Position numbers and translations under genes: made by a program. From positions 96,001-160,000 of the forward strand of contig JBFWNW010000001.1 of assembly GCA_050250855.1 (NCBI GenBank): DNA of 64,000 bases. The letters run 5' to 3'. This document shows positions 27,773 through 36,133 of this stretch, one piece after another (the first letter of the stretch is position 1; every line of letters begins with the position of its first letter). This DNA is from Candidatus Babeliales bacterium (GTDB lineage: Bacteria; Babelota; Babeliae; Babelales; JACPOV01). The notes beneath the pieces were generated by a model, which saw only the letters and a program-made list of their open reading frames with translations, ran no database searches and was not told where the DNA came from.

Positions 27773-28507
27773 ATGAAGGATATCTTTACGCAGATTGATA
27801 AGCTTAAGGAAGAAATTTCTCAACATCGACCTTTTGATGAACATAAACGTCAGCAAATAAAAGAATATTACCGTATAGGTTTGACCTATACATCAAACGC
27901 CTTGGAAGGCAATACGCTCACTGAAAGTGAAACAAAAGTTGTTCTTGAAGAAGGAATTACTATAGGTGGTAAACGGTTAGTGGATCACCTGGAAGCATTA
28001 GGACATAGTGATGCATTTACCTATATGTATGAGCTTTTGCAAAGTAAAACTATAACAGAAGAGTGCATAAAAAAATTACATTATCTTTTTTATTATCGCG
28101 TTGATCAAAAAGATGCAGGAGTTTATCGCCACGAGCAGGTTTATCTTACGGGGTCTCATTATCCTTTACCAAAGCCAAAAGAAATTGCAGTGATGATGGA
28201 AAAAATGATAGAACATTTTCCCGTATTAGAAAAGGAAAAACATCCTGTTGTATTTGCAGCGCTTGCTCATAAAGAGTTAGTATTTATTCATCCATTTATT
28301 GATGGCAATGGCCGTGTTGCTCGGTTATTAATGAATCTTATATTACTATCTCATGGGTATACTATAGCAATTATTCCACCAATTCTAAGAGCAGATTATA
28401 TACGCGCTTTGGAAAAAGCACATAAAGATGATCAAGAGTTCATTTATTTTATTGCGCGTATTGTCAAGGAGACGCAGCAAGATTACATTCGATTGTTTGT
28501 AGAATAG
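27773..28507 (+). CDS. Fic family AMP-transferase (class II, N-terminal inhibitory motif)
   Basis: HPFIDGNGRVAR; SNALEGN. Confidence 0.93.
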   Translation: MKDIFTQIDKLKEEISQHRPFDEHKRQQIKEYYRIGLTYTSNALEGNTLTESETKVVLEEGITIGGKRLVDHLEALGHSDAFTYMYELLQSKTITEECIKKLHYLFYYRVDQKDAGVYRHEQVYLTGSHYPLPKPKEIAVMMEKMIEHFPVLEKEKHPVVFAALAHKELVFIHPFIDGNGRVARLLMNLILLSHGYTIAIIPPILRADYIRALEKAHKDDQEFIYFIARIVKETQQDYIRLFVE

Positions 28508-28508
28508 T

Positions 28509-28817
28509 ATGGCACTTATTTTTGAACTTAAGCTGTTTCCAGCATCTGGCAAACAAAAATGTACTATTGATGCTACAGGTCGCTTGAAATGCTATGTAAA
28601 AGCTGCTCCAGAGAAAGGAAAAGCAAATAAAGAGCTTTTAGCCTTTCTTGCCGATAGCTTAGAAATTTCTAAGGCAAGCGTTGAATTAATCGCTGGCTTT
28701 ACAGTACAACATAAAAAAATTAGGATTGAAGGTAATTGGACGTATGCTCAGGTATTAAAAAAATTGGGATTAGAAAGCGGAGTACAAGGTGCCATATTTT
28801 CAGTGGATGGGAATTGA
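28509..28817 (+). CDS. DUF167/YggU family protein
   Basis: VKAAPEKGKANKELLAFLA..L.I.K. Confidence 0.85.
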   Translation: MALIFELKLFPASGKQKCTIDATGRLKCYVKAAPEKGKANKELLAFLADSLEISKASVELIAGFTVQHKKIRIEGNWTYAQVLKKLGLESGVQGAIFSVDGN

Positions 28818-29985
28818 TCTTGAAGGAAGATTGCACAAAGGATGTACGCAGCATTCATCATTACATACTTTAGCACAAGAACTTTTTTCTCAAGATATTG
28901 CCTTATTGCATGGGTATCAAAAAAAAACAGCATCATTTTATAATCCTATTAAAACATCATTAAAGGTTCAATTTTTCCGCCATCTTGCAACACTCGTTGA
29001 TGCTGGCGTTTATGTTGATCAGGCACTTATTATTGTCCATGATAATATCTCGCATAAAGATTTTAAGCACGTTGTCAAAGATTGCATAGATGACGTTGCG
29101 CAAGGTATTCCTTTGCATGAGGGGCTTCAAAAATATAGTGACGTATTTGATGGTATTACCATTCAATTAGTGCAAGCTGGACAGTTTGGCAGCAATTTAG
29201 CAAAGGCTCTTACGCTTCTTGCAAATTATCAAGAGAATAAAGCGCTTTTTAAAAAGCAACTACGGAGTGCCGCATTTTTGCCCCTTATGACGTTACTTTT
29301 TTTTCTTGTTATTTGTGCGGTTATTTTTGTTGTGATTGTGCCATTGTTTACTACTATGTTTAGTTCATTGGGTAAAGATTTGCCGGCAAGTACACAACGA
29401 TTGCAGACAATAAGTTCTTTTTTGACAGGATGGCAGATAATCGCTGCCTTAGGAGTTTTTATAGGCGTTGTTTTGATAATTAAAAAATTTTTACAGCGTC
29501 CAGCGTTAAAGCAAAAATATGATTTTTGCATGGTAAAAATTCCTTTTATAGGAAGCTTACTTTTTGAAAGTAAGCTTACCTATTTTTTTGAATCAGCAGC
29601 ATTGTTATTGCAAGGCGGTGTTCCTGTGGTGCAAGCGTTTGAGTATGCACAAGAGATGGTTGATAATAACTATATGCAAAGCAAAATTCATACTGTTATC
29701 AAGCACGTTGATGCAGGGAAGTCATTGAGTACAGTGATGCATGATATGCCATATTTTTTTTTGCAAGAAAGTAGAGCGCTTGTTGCCTTAGGTGAAGAAT
29801 CAGGAAATTTGGATAGTATGCTCATAAAAGTAGCTGAGGTATATCGTGAGCGCGTTAAGCGCAAACTTCATATTATTACCACCGTATTGCAACCCTGTTT
29901 AATGATCGTGCTCGGGCTTTTGATTACTGCCCTTATAGTAACGGTTTACATACCAATTTTTGATCTTTCTTATGCAATTCATTGA
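28789..29985 (+). CDS. Type II secretion / type IV pilus inner-membrane platform protein (GspF/PilC)
   Basis: FFRHLATLVDAGV, duplicated T2SSF domains, GEESGNL. Confidence 0.92.
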   Translation: MPYFQWMGIDLEGRLHKGCTQHSSLHTLAQELFSQDIALLHGYQKKTASFYNPIKTSLKVQFFRHLATLVDAGVYVDQALIIVHDNISHKDFKHVVKDCIDDVAQGIPLHEGLQKYSDVFDGITIQLVQAGQFGSNLAKALTLLANYQENKALFKKQLRSAAFLPLMTLLFFLVICAVIFVVIVPLFTTMFSSLGKDLPASTQRLQTISSFLTGWQIIAALGVFIGVVLIIKKFLQRPALKQKYDFCMVKIPFIGSLLFESKLTYFFESAALLLQGGVPVVQAFEYAQEMVDNNYMQSKIHTVIKHVDAGKSLSTVMHDMPYFFLQESRALVALGEESGNLDSMLIKVAEVYRERVKRKLHIITTVLQPCLMIVLGLLITALIVTVYIPIFDLSYAIH

Positions 29986-30041
29986 TTAAACGGGTGAAAG
30001 TAGGTTATTTTTTTGCCAAGTATATTTTATTAAAAGGTGAG

Positions 30042-31970
30042 ATGAAGATGAAAAATACATTAATTTTTGTGTTTTTATTACTTGGGATTATTAATATTTT
30101 TGCTGATACAACGTTAAAAGAAGAGCTTGTTGCTCTGACAAATCAATTATCCATGTTGGAACAAAAACTTATGGAGCTTGGGGATGTGCAAAAGGGACCA
30201 GAACACTCTAAGCCTCCTGTAAAGAAAACTGCAGAACAAGAAAAAATAGAGAAAATTATTAATGATAACTTTAAGAAAAATGTTGGCATTACAGAAGATT
30301 TGATAGAAGAATACATACATTTAGTATCGGTTTATGAAAAGCAAAATCCTACAGCTCAAGATCTTAGTACTTTTAATTATTGGGAAGCGAGAACTGTTTT
30401 GCTTTTTATAATTGCTCATTATGCAAAGCTATTTCCTAAAAAATTAGTGAAGGAATTCAAATCCCTATTTGGTGATGAAAATATTAAAGGAATAGTGAAT
30501 GTTTTTAAACTTATTGATCAATATGTTTCTCTTGTAACAATAAATTATAAAAAAGAGTCAGATCTTGATGCTAGAGGTTTGTTGCTAAATGCTGCTAATA
30601 TGCGCAATGCACTAGCAAAGATTGATAGATTAGATGTTATTATTGAAGGTTTTGATCCAAAAACTAAACAGTTTATTGGTTATGAAGATGTTAAAACAGG
30701 TCAACGCATAATTGATGTATTTCCTGAAAGCTTATATCGCGAATACCAAAAAGCATTACAAAAAGCTCAAGATTACTATGGTGCTACGGATGAACGTTTG
30801 AAGCCATATAAAGAATGGGAAGCTGTTCTTAAAAAACAGATGGAAAAAGCCGATATTAAAACTGAGCAAACATATAAAACATTACATGCTTTCTTAGAAC
30901 AAAATAAAGATTTAAGTGAGGCAAATAATACTCAACTTAGTAATATGATTGGTATAGCTCAAGAATTATTAGATGATATCGAAAAAGGTGAATATTTTGA
31001 TAATCCTGTGATTCTCAAAGAAATCACTGCTACTCATGAGCTCTTGCAAAAAGAGTTTGAAAAAAGACCGAAGGTAGAACCAAAAGGAAAAACTGAAAAA
31101 AAAGTAATGAGTAAGAAAGATTTTGAGATGTTTGAAGAAGAGTTAGGCAAGAGAATTAAAAAGGCAAAAGAGCAACTCAATTCCTTAACAAAAAAAGAGA
31201 TAGAAGAATTAAAGAAAGATATTGAGACTTGGAAGAGTAGTACTGATAGGAGTAAAGAAAAGGAGGCAGATTTTAATACATTTAATGTAAAGATTACTCT
31301 ACATTTAGGAGATTTTAACCAATTTGAGCAAACATTAGATGAAAAAATCAGAAAGCAAAGCCAATCAATTAATAGCTTAACACTCGATGAGCTTAAAAAT
31401 TCGGCAAAACAAATTAGAGATTGGCAAGAACGTATGCTCCGGAACAAAAACAAAGAAAAATATTTTAGTGATTTCTTATCAAAGATTGAAAATACTGAAT
31501 TAATGAAAGAGTATGAAAAAACTCTTAAGCAGTTAAACGATGAACTAGAGGAAGAAAAGAGAGAATTTGAAAAAAATAAAGGATCCTTTAATAAACAAAA
31601 AATTGAAGGGCTTATAGAAAAAATTAAAGAATACCAAAATATGGTAGAGGGCATTGGCTTAAAAGAAAAAGCAGACTTTGATAGTTTTATCAAGCAGCTT
31701 CAACAGCAAGGTGCTTTGCTTTCTGAGAGTAAGCCAGAGAAAAAAACTGAGCCTAAAACAGAGCTGGAACAGTTTAAAGAATTTCAGGAAAGATTGGAAA
31801 AAAATATAGAAGCTTTCAAAAAATTACCTAAGAGTTTTAGTAAAGAAGAACTGGAAAAGCTCTTGAAAGATATTGAAACATGGAAAAACAATCCAGATAG
31901 AGACAAAACAAAGGAAAAAACTTTTGTTTTTAATTATAAGCGTATACAGACTGAATTAGGGTCAAGATAG
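30042..31970 (+). CDS. Secreted Lys/Glu-rich coiled-coil protein with internal repeats
   Basis: Signal peptide; repeated (E)ELxKDIETWK..DR.K.KE..F units; AAGG RBS. Confidence 0.7.
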   Translation: MKMKNTLIFVFLLLGIINIFADTTLKEELVALTNQLSMLEQKLMELGDVQKGPEHSKPPVKKTAEQEKIEKIINDNFKKNVGITEDLIEEYIHLVSVYEKQNPTAQDLSTFNYWEARTVLLFIIAHYAKLFPKKLVKEFKSLFGDENIKGIVNVFKLIDQYVSLVTINYKKESDLDARGLLLNAANMRNALAKIDRLDVIIEGFDPKTKQFIGYEDVKTGQRIIDVFPESLYREYQKALQKAQDYYGATDERLKPYKEWEAVLKKQMEKADIKTEQTYKTLHAFLEQNKDLSEANNTQLSNMIGIAQELLDDIEKGEYFDNPVILKEITATHELLQKEFEKRPKVEPKGKTEKKVMSKKDFEMFEEELGKRIKKAKEQLNSLTKKEIEELKKDIETWKSSTDRSKEKEADFNTFNVKITLHLGDFNQFEQTLDEKIRKQSQSINSLTLDELKNSAKQIRDWQERMLRNKNKEKYFSDFLSKIENTELMKEYEKTLKQLNDELEEEKREFEKNKGSFNKQKIEGLIEKIKEYQNMVEGIGLKEKADFDSFIKQLQQQGALLSESKPEKKTEPKTELEQFKEFQERLEKNIEAFKKLPKSFSKEELEKLLKDIETWKNNPDRDKTKEKTFVFNYKRIQTELGSR

Positions 31971-32031
31971 AAGTTTTAATTGACCACCACCCGCTTTTCC
32001 GGTACCCTAGGTATACTAAAAAGTTTGAAAT

Positions 32032-32118
32032 GCCGGGATGGCGGAATTGGTAGACGCACGGGACTCAAAATCCCGCGATGGCAACATTGTGTCGGTTCGA
32101 GTCCGACTCCCGGCACCA
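32032..32118 (+). tRNA. tRNA-Leu(CAA)
   Basis: GCCGGGA..TCCCGGC-ACCA; CT-CAA-AA loop; variable arm. Confidence 0.95.
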
Positions 32119-32152
32119 TTACTTCAAAAAACCTAACTTAAGGTTATTCTTT

Positions 32153-32497
32153 ATGATCTCTTCACATAGCTGTATTTTCTGTAACATTATTGCTCAAAAA
32201 ATACCAAGCGTGCCGGTTTTGGAAACTGATGATATTCTGGTCATAAAAGATATTAACCCCAAGGCAACGATCCATTATCTTATTATTCCTAAAAAACATA
32301 TCCCCGATTTGCGTGATTTTAAGCCTGAAGATCTCTCTTTAGCGGGCACTATGCTCATGATAGCGCAAAGGCTTTCTGAGGGTTTGCCAGAGCCAAAAGC
32401 TTTTCGTATACTTATGAATAATGGCCCAGAAGCGGGCCAATGCGTATTCCATGCGCATATGCATTTCTTGGCGGGTAAAAAAATTCCTAGCTTTTAA
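32153..32497 (+). CDS. HIT family nucleotide-binding protein (HinT-like)
   Basis: CIFC, HYLIIPKKH, HAHMH triad; start moved downstream of the tRNA. Confidence 0.93.
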   Translation: MISSHSCIFCNIIAQKIPSVPVLETDDILVIKDINPKATIHYLIIPKKHIPDLRDFKPEDLSLAGTMLMIAQRLSEGLPEPKAFRILMNNGPEAGQCVFHAHMHFLAGKKIPSF

Positions 32498-32529
32498 ATG
32501 GTGAGGGTATCTTTTTCAAACGTTATACT

Positions 32530-33423
32530 ATGCTAAAAATTATTCGTATTGGTTTGTATTTCATAGTACTGGGTATGATCTTGGTTATTTTTCTCTCTTA
32601 CCAAGGTATTAAGCATGCGACCAAAAGGCCACGTTATACAACGGAAAAAATAAAAGAGCACGAAGCCAATAGGTCTATTCTCCTTAAAGAGTTTAATGCG
32701 CAGCCTCTTACGTTTATGACAGAGGATGGTCTTAATCTCTCAGGATTATTATTGGTGCGCGAAGGTGCTCAGCGTACTTTGCTTATTTGTCATGGCTATC
32801 GGATGTGCAAAGAACGTCTTTTGCCATTTGCTTCAATGTTTCCTCATGATAATATTTTTCTGTTTGATCATCGGGCTCATGGCCAGAGCGATGGTTCTCG
32901 GGTTACGATTGGGTATGAAGAACCTCAAGATGTTCTTGCTGCCGCACGTGTAGTGCAATCTCATGAAAAAACAAAAAATTTGCCGTTGTATGGGATAGGG
33001 ATTTCTATGGGGGCCGTGAGCTTGCTTGCTGCAGCATGTCAGGAAAAAATTTTTTCTGCCATTATTTTAGATTCACCGTTTGGTAAGCTTGATGTACAAG
33101 CGCGGCGTGTATTTTCGTATAAATTTAAACTCCCCTTTGTTCCTTTTGAAGCGATAGCTCACAAAATATTTGAATATTGTATGCAGTTTTCTTTAGGGCA
33201 GGTTGATTCATTTTCCTCTATTAAAGATCTTACAACCCCGGTTATGATTATCCATTCAGTTTTTGATTCTATTGCATCACTGCAAGAGGCGTATAAGATT
33301 TTTGAAACAGCTCCATGCAAAAAAGAGATGTGGATTGTGCATGCATCACGGCATGCGTATATCTTTTCTGACTGTTCTGAAGAATATCGCCAGCGCGTTG
33401 ATGAATTTTTTAAAACGGCATAA
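32530..33423 (+). CDS. Membrane-anchored alpha/beta hydrolase
   Basis: HG oxyanion motif, RAHGQSDG, GISMG nucleophile, C-terminal Asp/His. Confidence 0.88.
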   Translation: MLKIIRIGLYFIVLGMILVIFLSYQGIKHATKRPRYTTEKIKEHEANRSILLKEFNAQPLTFMTEDGLNLSGLLLVREGAQRTLLICHGYRMCKERLLPFASMFPHDNIFLFDHRAHGQSDGSRVTIGYEEPQDVLAAARVVQSHEKTKNLPLYGIGISMGAVSLLAAACQEKIFSAIILDSPFGKLDVQARRVFSYKFKLPFVPFEAIAHKIFEYCMQFSLGQVDSFSSIKDLTTPVMIIHSVFDSIASLQEAYKIFETAPCKKEMWIVHASRHAYIFSDCSEEYRQRVDEFFKTA

Positions 33424-33437
33424 ATAGCTTAACTGCT

Positions 33438-33469
33438 GTTCGAATGCTTCGACGGGCTCAGCACGAACG
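33438..33469. repeat. Solo palindromic arm of the 4457/13398 repeat family
   Basis: gttcgaatgcttcgacgggctcagcacgaacg is near-identical to 13399-13430. Confidence 0.85.
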
Positions 33470-33475
33470 AATTTG

Positions 33476-34402
33476 TTATAACTCTTCTAATTCTGCTAAT
33501 CGATCTTCAGAACTTTTCTTTTGATAAAATTCATCTTGATAAAAAATAGCAAGACCAACAAAGACTGCTAATGCAGATAAAAGAAAATCCCATGATATTT
33601 TTTCATGCAAGAATACCCAGCCATAGAATGCGGCAAAAAGAGGTGTTAAGAAACTTGCAAAAGAAACAAAGGTAGGAGAATATCGTTTGAGCAATGATCC
33701 ATATAAATTATGGCAGATTAAGTTACTTACAATAATAATAATGCCTAAAATTAAAGTAAAGCGGAGCGGATCAATGATCTCTGTTTGTGGTTCATAAATA
33801 AGAGAGGTTGCTAAAGCAAGGACACCGCCAATGAACATACTAATACCATTAATCATAGCAGGCTCATAATTATAATCTTTTATGAATTTCCTTACGACGA
33901 TCCAACCATAACTTAATGATGAAATAGAAAGTACAATTGATAATTCTGCCCACGAGAAAAAGCCAATGCCGCCCATAAGATCTTCACTTGGCGTTGGGTT
34001 TATCAGTACTGGCATAAGACCAAAGAAACCAATGATTAATCCCACCATTTTTTTAAAGGTAACTTCTTCTTTTGATAAAAAATATCCTAATGCATAGGTT
34101 ATGAAGGGCCCCAACGTATAAATTAAGGATGCTTTTGAAGATGACATGTATTGTAAACCCCAAAATCTTAATATATAAGGAATGTAGCAGGTAAAAAGTA
34201 TTGCTTGTACATACATACTCAAATGTTTGCGTTCAAAACGAAATGATGCACTTTGAGAAAAGTATTGATAAGCAAGTAAAATAAAGCCGGCAATGCTCAT
34301 GCGAATGCCAACTAAAAAAATAGGTTGAGCAAAACTGAGTAATGCTTTTCCTAATGAAAATGTTGAAGCAAAAAGTGCATAGAGCATAACAATTTGAAAC
34401 AT
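33476..34402 (-). CDS. DMT/EamA family transporter
   Basis: About 10 TM in two halves; GIRM.IAG, LSKEEV, FLHEKI. Confidence 0.88.
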   Translation of the reverse strand: MFQIVMLYALFASTFSLGKALLSFAQPIFLVGIRMSIAGFILLAYQYFSQSASFRFERKHLSMYVQAILFTCYIPYILRFWGLQYMSSSKASLIYTLGPFITYALGYFLSKEEVTFKKMVGLIIGFFGLMPVLINPTPSEDLMGGIGFFSWAELSIVLSISSLSYGWIVVRKFIKDYNYEPAMINGISMFIGGVLALATSLIYEPQTEIIDPLRFTLILGIIIIVSNLICHNLYGSLLKRYSPTFVSFASFLTPLFAAFYGWVFLHEKISWDFLLSALAVFVGLAIFYQDEFYQKKSSEDRLAELEEL

Positions 34403-34757
34403 AGGTGCTCCTCATAGGGTGATTATAATCAATAGTTACAATAGCATAAGCCGTGATGGCAATGCAATATAAATGGGTTTAAGAATTATACTTGTATCTA
34501 ATAGGAATGTTACTATATAGAGAACAATACGTTATTACGATCAAGAAAAGTGATCTGTAAATTTTAATTCTATTTGCTTTATTAAATTATCAAACAGATC
34601 ATTTTATGTCAATTTTTTTCATTAAACTTTGATTCCGTCTGTTTTTTGAATTAATACTGAGATTTTACCCTATATTTTTCTTGCATTTGCTTGAAGGAAT
34701 TTATTAGCGTCCTTAATAGGAATATATTTGTACTATTAAAAAGGGGTAAGGTGTTTT

Positions 34758-36047
34758 ATGAAAAAGATAGTTTTGTTAAGCGTTGTTGCATTTTTGCATG
34801 GAGCGGTGCAGGCAGAAGCAGTTAAGCAGCCAAAAAAGAAAGGGTGCTACTCTGCAAAACAGGTCAAAGAACGTTCTGAACCGATAAAAAAAGAGTCTGC
34901 CCGATTTGGTATGACAATGCCAAAAAGAGGTTCTCTCGTTTGGCAAAAAAATAAGGAAAAAGAGGCGCGCAAGGTTGTAAAACAACAAAGCATGCAGCAG
35001 GAACAGCAAAAAATGCGTATGACAAAAGAAAGAATGCGCCAAGACAGAAATATGATGCTTGCAAAGCAGCAAGAGATGCAAAGAAAACAAGAAGAAATGC
35101 GTATGATGCTTGAAAAAATGCAGGAAGAAAAAGAAGCACGCAGAATTGCAAAATTACAGCATATGGAAGAGAAAAGACAAGAAAAAATGCGTATAGCTCA
35201 AGAAAGAGAAGAACAAGAAAAACAGATTGCTTTTTCAAAAAAACAAGAAGTTGAACGTAAGCAAGAAGAAATTCGTACAACCTTAGCAAAAATGCATGAA
35301 GAAAAAGAAGCTAAAAGAAAAGAAAAAATGCGCATGGCTCAAGAAAAATTACATCAGGAAAGAACTATGATGCTTGCAAAACAGCAGGAAATGGAACGCA
35401 AGCAGGAAGAAATGCGTCTAATGCTTGAAAAAATGCAGCAGGCAAAAGATGCTAAAAGAATAGCAAAACAACAAAAAGTTGAATGCAAACAAGAAGAGAT
35501 GCGTATGGTGCAGGAAAAAGTAAAACAAGAAAAAGAATCGCGTAAAATAGCAAAACAAAAAGAAAATGAGCAGAAAAAAGTAGAAGAAATGCGTATGGTT
35601 CAAGAAAAAACTGAGCAAGAAAGATTAAAATTACTTGCAAAACAACGAGACATGGAATGCAAGCAAGAAGAAATGCGCATGGTACAAGAAAGAGTGAAAC
35701 AAGAAAAAGAAGCGCGTAAGGTTGCAAAGCAAAAACAGGCTGAAGAAAAAAGACAAGAAGAGCTGCGTATAGCGCAAGAAAAAGCTGAGCAAGAAAAAGA
35801 GATGATGATGGCGCGACAAAAAGAAGCTGAGCGCAAGCAAGAAGAAATGCGTATGGCAAAAGAAAGAATGATGCAAGAAAAAGAAGATCGCAAAATTGCA
35901 AAGCAAAAACAAACTGAAGAAAAAAGAAGAGAAGATATGCGCATGACGCATAAAATGAAACATGAAGCGCCACTTAAAATGGCTTCACGCGATACAATCA
36001 GAAATCAAATGAGATCTATTGCAACATCTCGTATGCAAGGTGCTTAA
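34758..36047 (+). CDS. Secreted Met/Glu/Lys/Gln-rich repetitive coiled-coil protein
   Basis: Signal peptide; recurring KQEEMRM..EK..QEKE.RK.AKQ units. Confidence 0.8.
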   Translation: MKKIVLLSVVAFLHGAVQAEAVKQPKKKGCYSAKQVKERSEPIKKESARFGMTMPKRGSLVWQKNKEKEARKVVKQQSMQQEQQKMRMTKERMRQDRNMMLAKQQEMQRKQEEMRMMLEKMQEEKEARRIAKLQHMEEKRQEKMRIAQEREEQEKQIAFSKKQEVERKQEEIRTTLAKMHEEKEAKRKEKMRMAQEKLHQERTMMLAKQQEMERKQEEMRLMLEKMQQAKDAKRIAKQQKVECKQEEMRMVQEKVKQEKESRKIAKQKENEQKKVEEMRMVQEKTEQERLKLLAKQRDMECKQEEMRMVQERVKQEKEARKVAKQKQAEEKRQEELRIAQEKAEQEKEMMMARQKEAERKQEEMRMAKERMMQEKEDRKIAKQKQTEEKRREDMRMTHKMKHEAPLKMASRDTIRNQMRSIATSRMQGA

Positions 36048-36083
36048 TTTTAACACACCTATATATTTATAGTATAAAGATAA

Positions 36084-36107
36084 AAGAGGCAGAGAAATCT
36101 GCCTCTT
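36084..36107. terminator. Intrinsic terminator hairpin
   Basis: aagaggcaga-gaaa-tctgcctctt. Confidence 0.75.
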
Positions 36108-36133
36108 ACTCTATTCACTAAAAGGGGATCACT

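Noticed and set aside
27112..28507. Integrative island at the tRNA cluster marked by Fic
   Set aside because: No integrase and no duplicated tRNA 3' end (att site) seen; the genes after fic are housekeeping-type
32078..32152. N-terminal extension of the HIT ORF
   Set aside because: Overlaps tRNA-Leu; ATG 32153 gives a normal-length HIT protein
34776..35973. Several antisense ORFs rich in F/L/S/C
   Set aside because: By-products of the low-complexity E/K/Q/M coding strand
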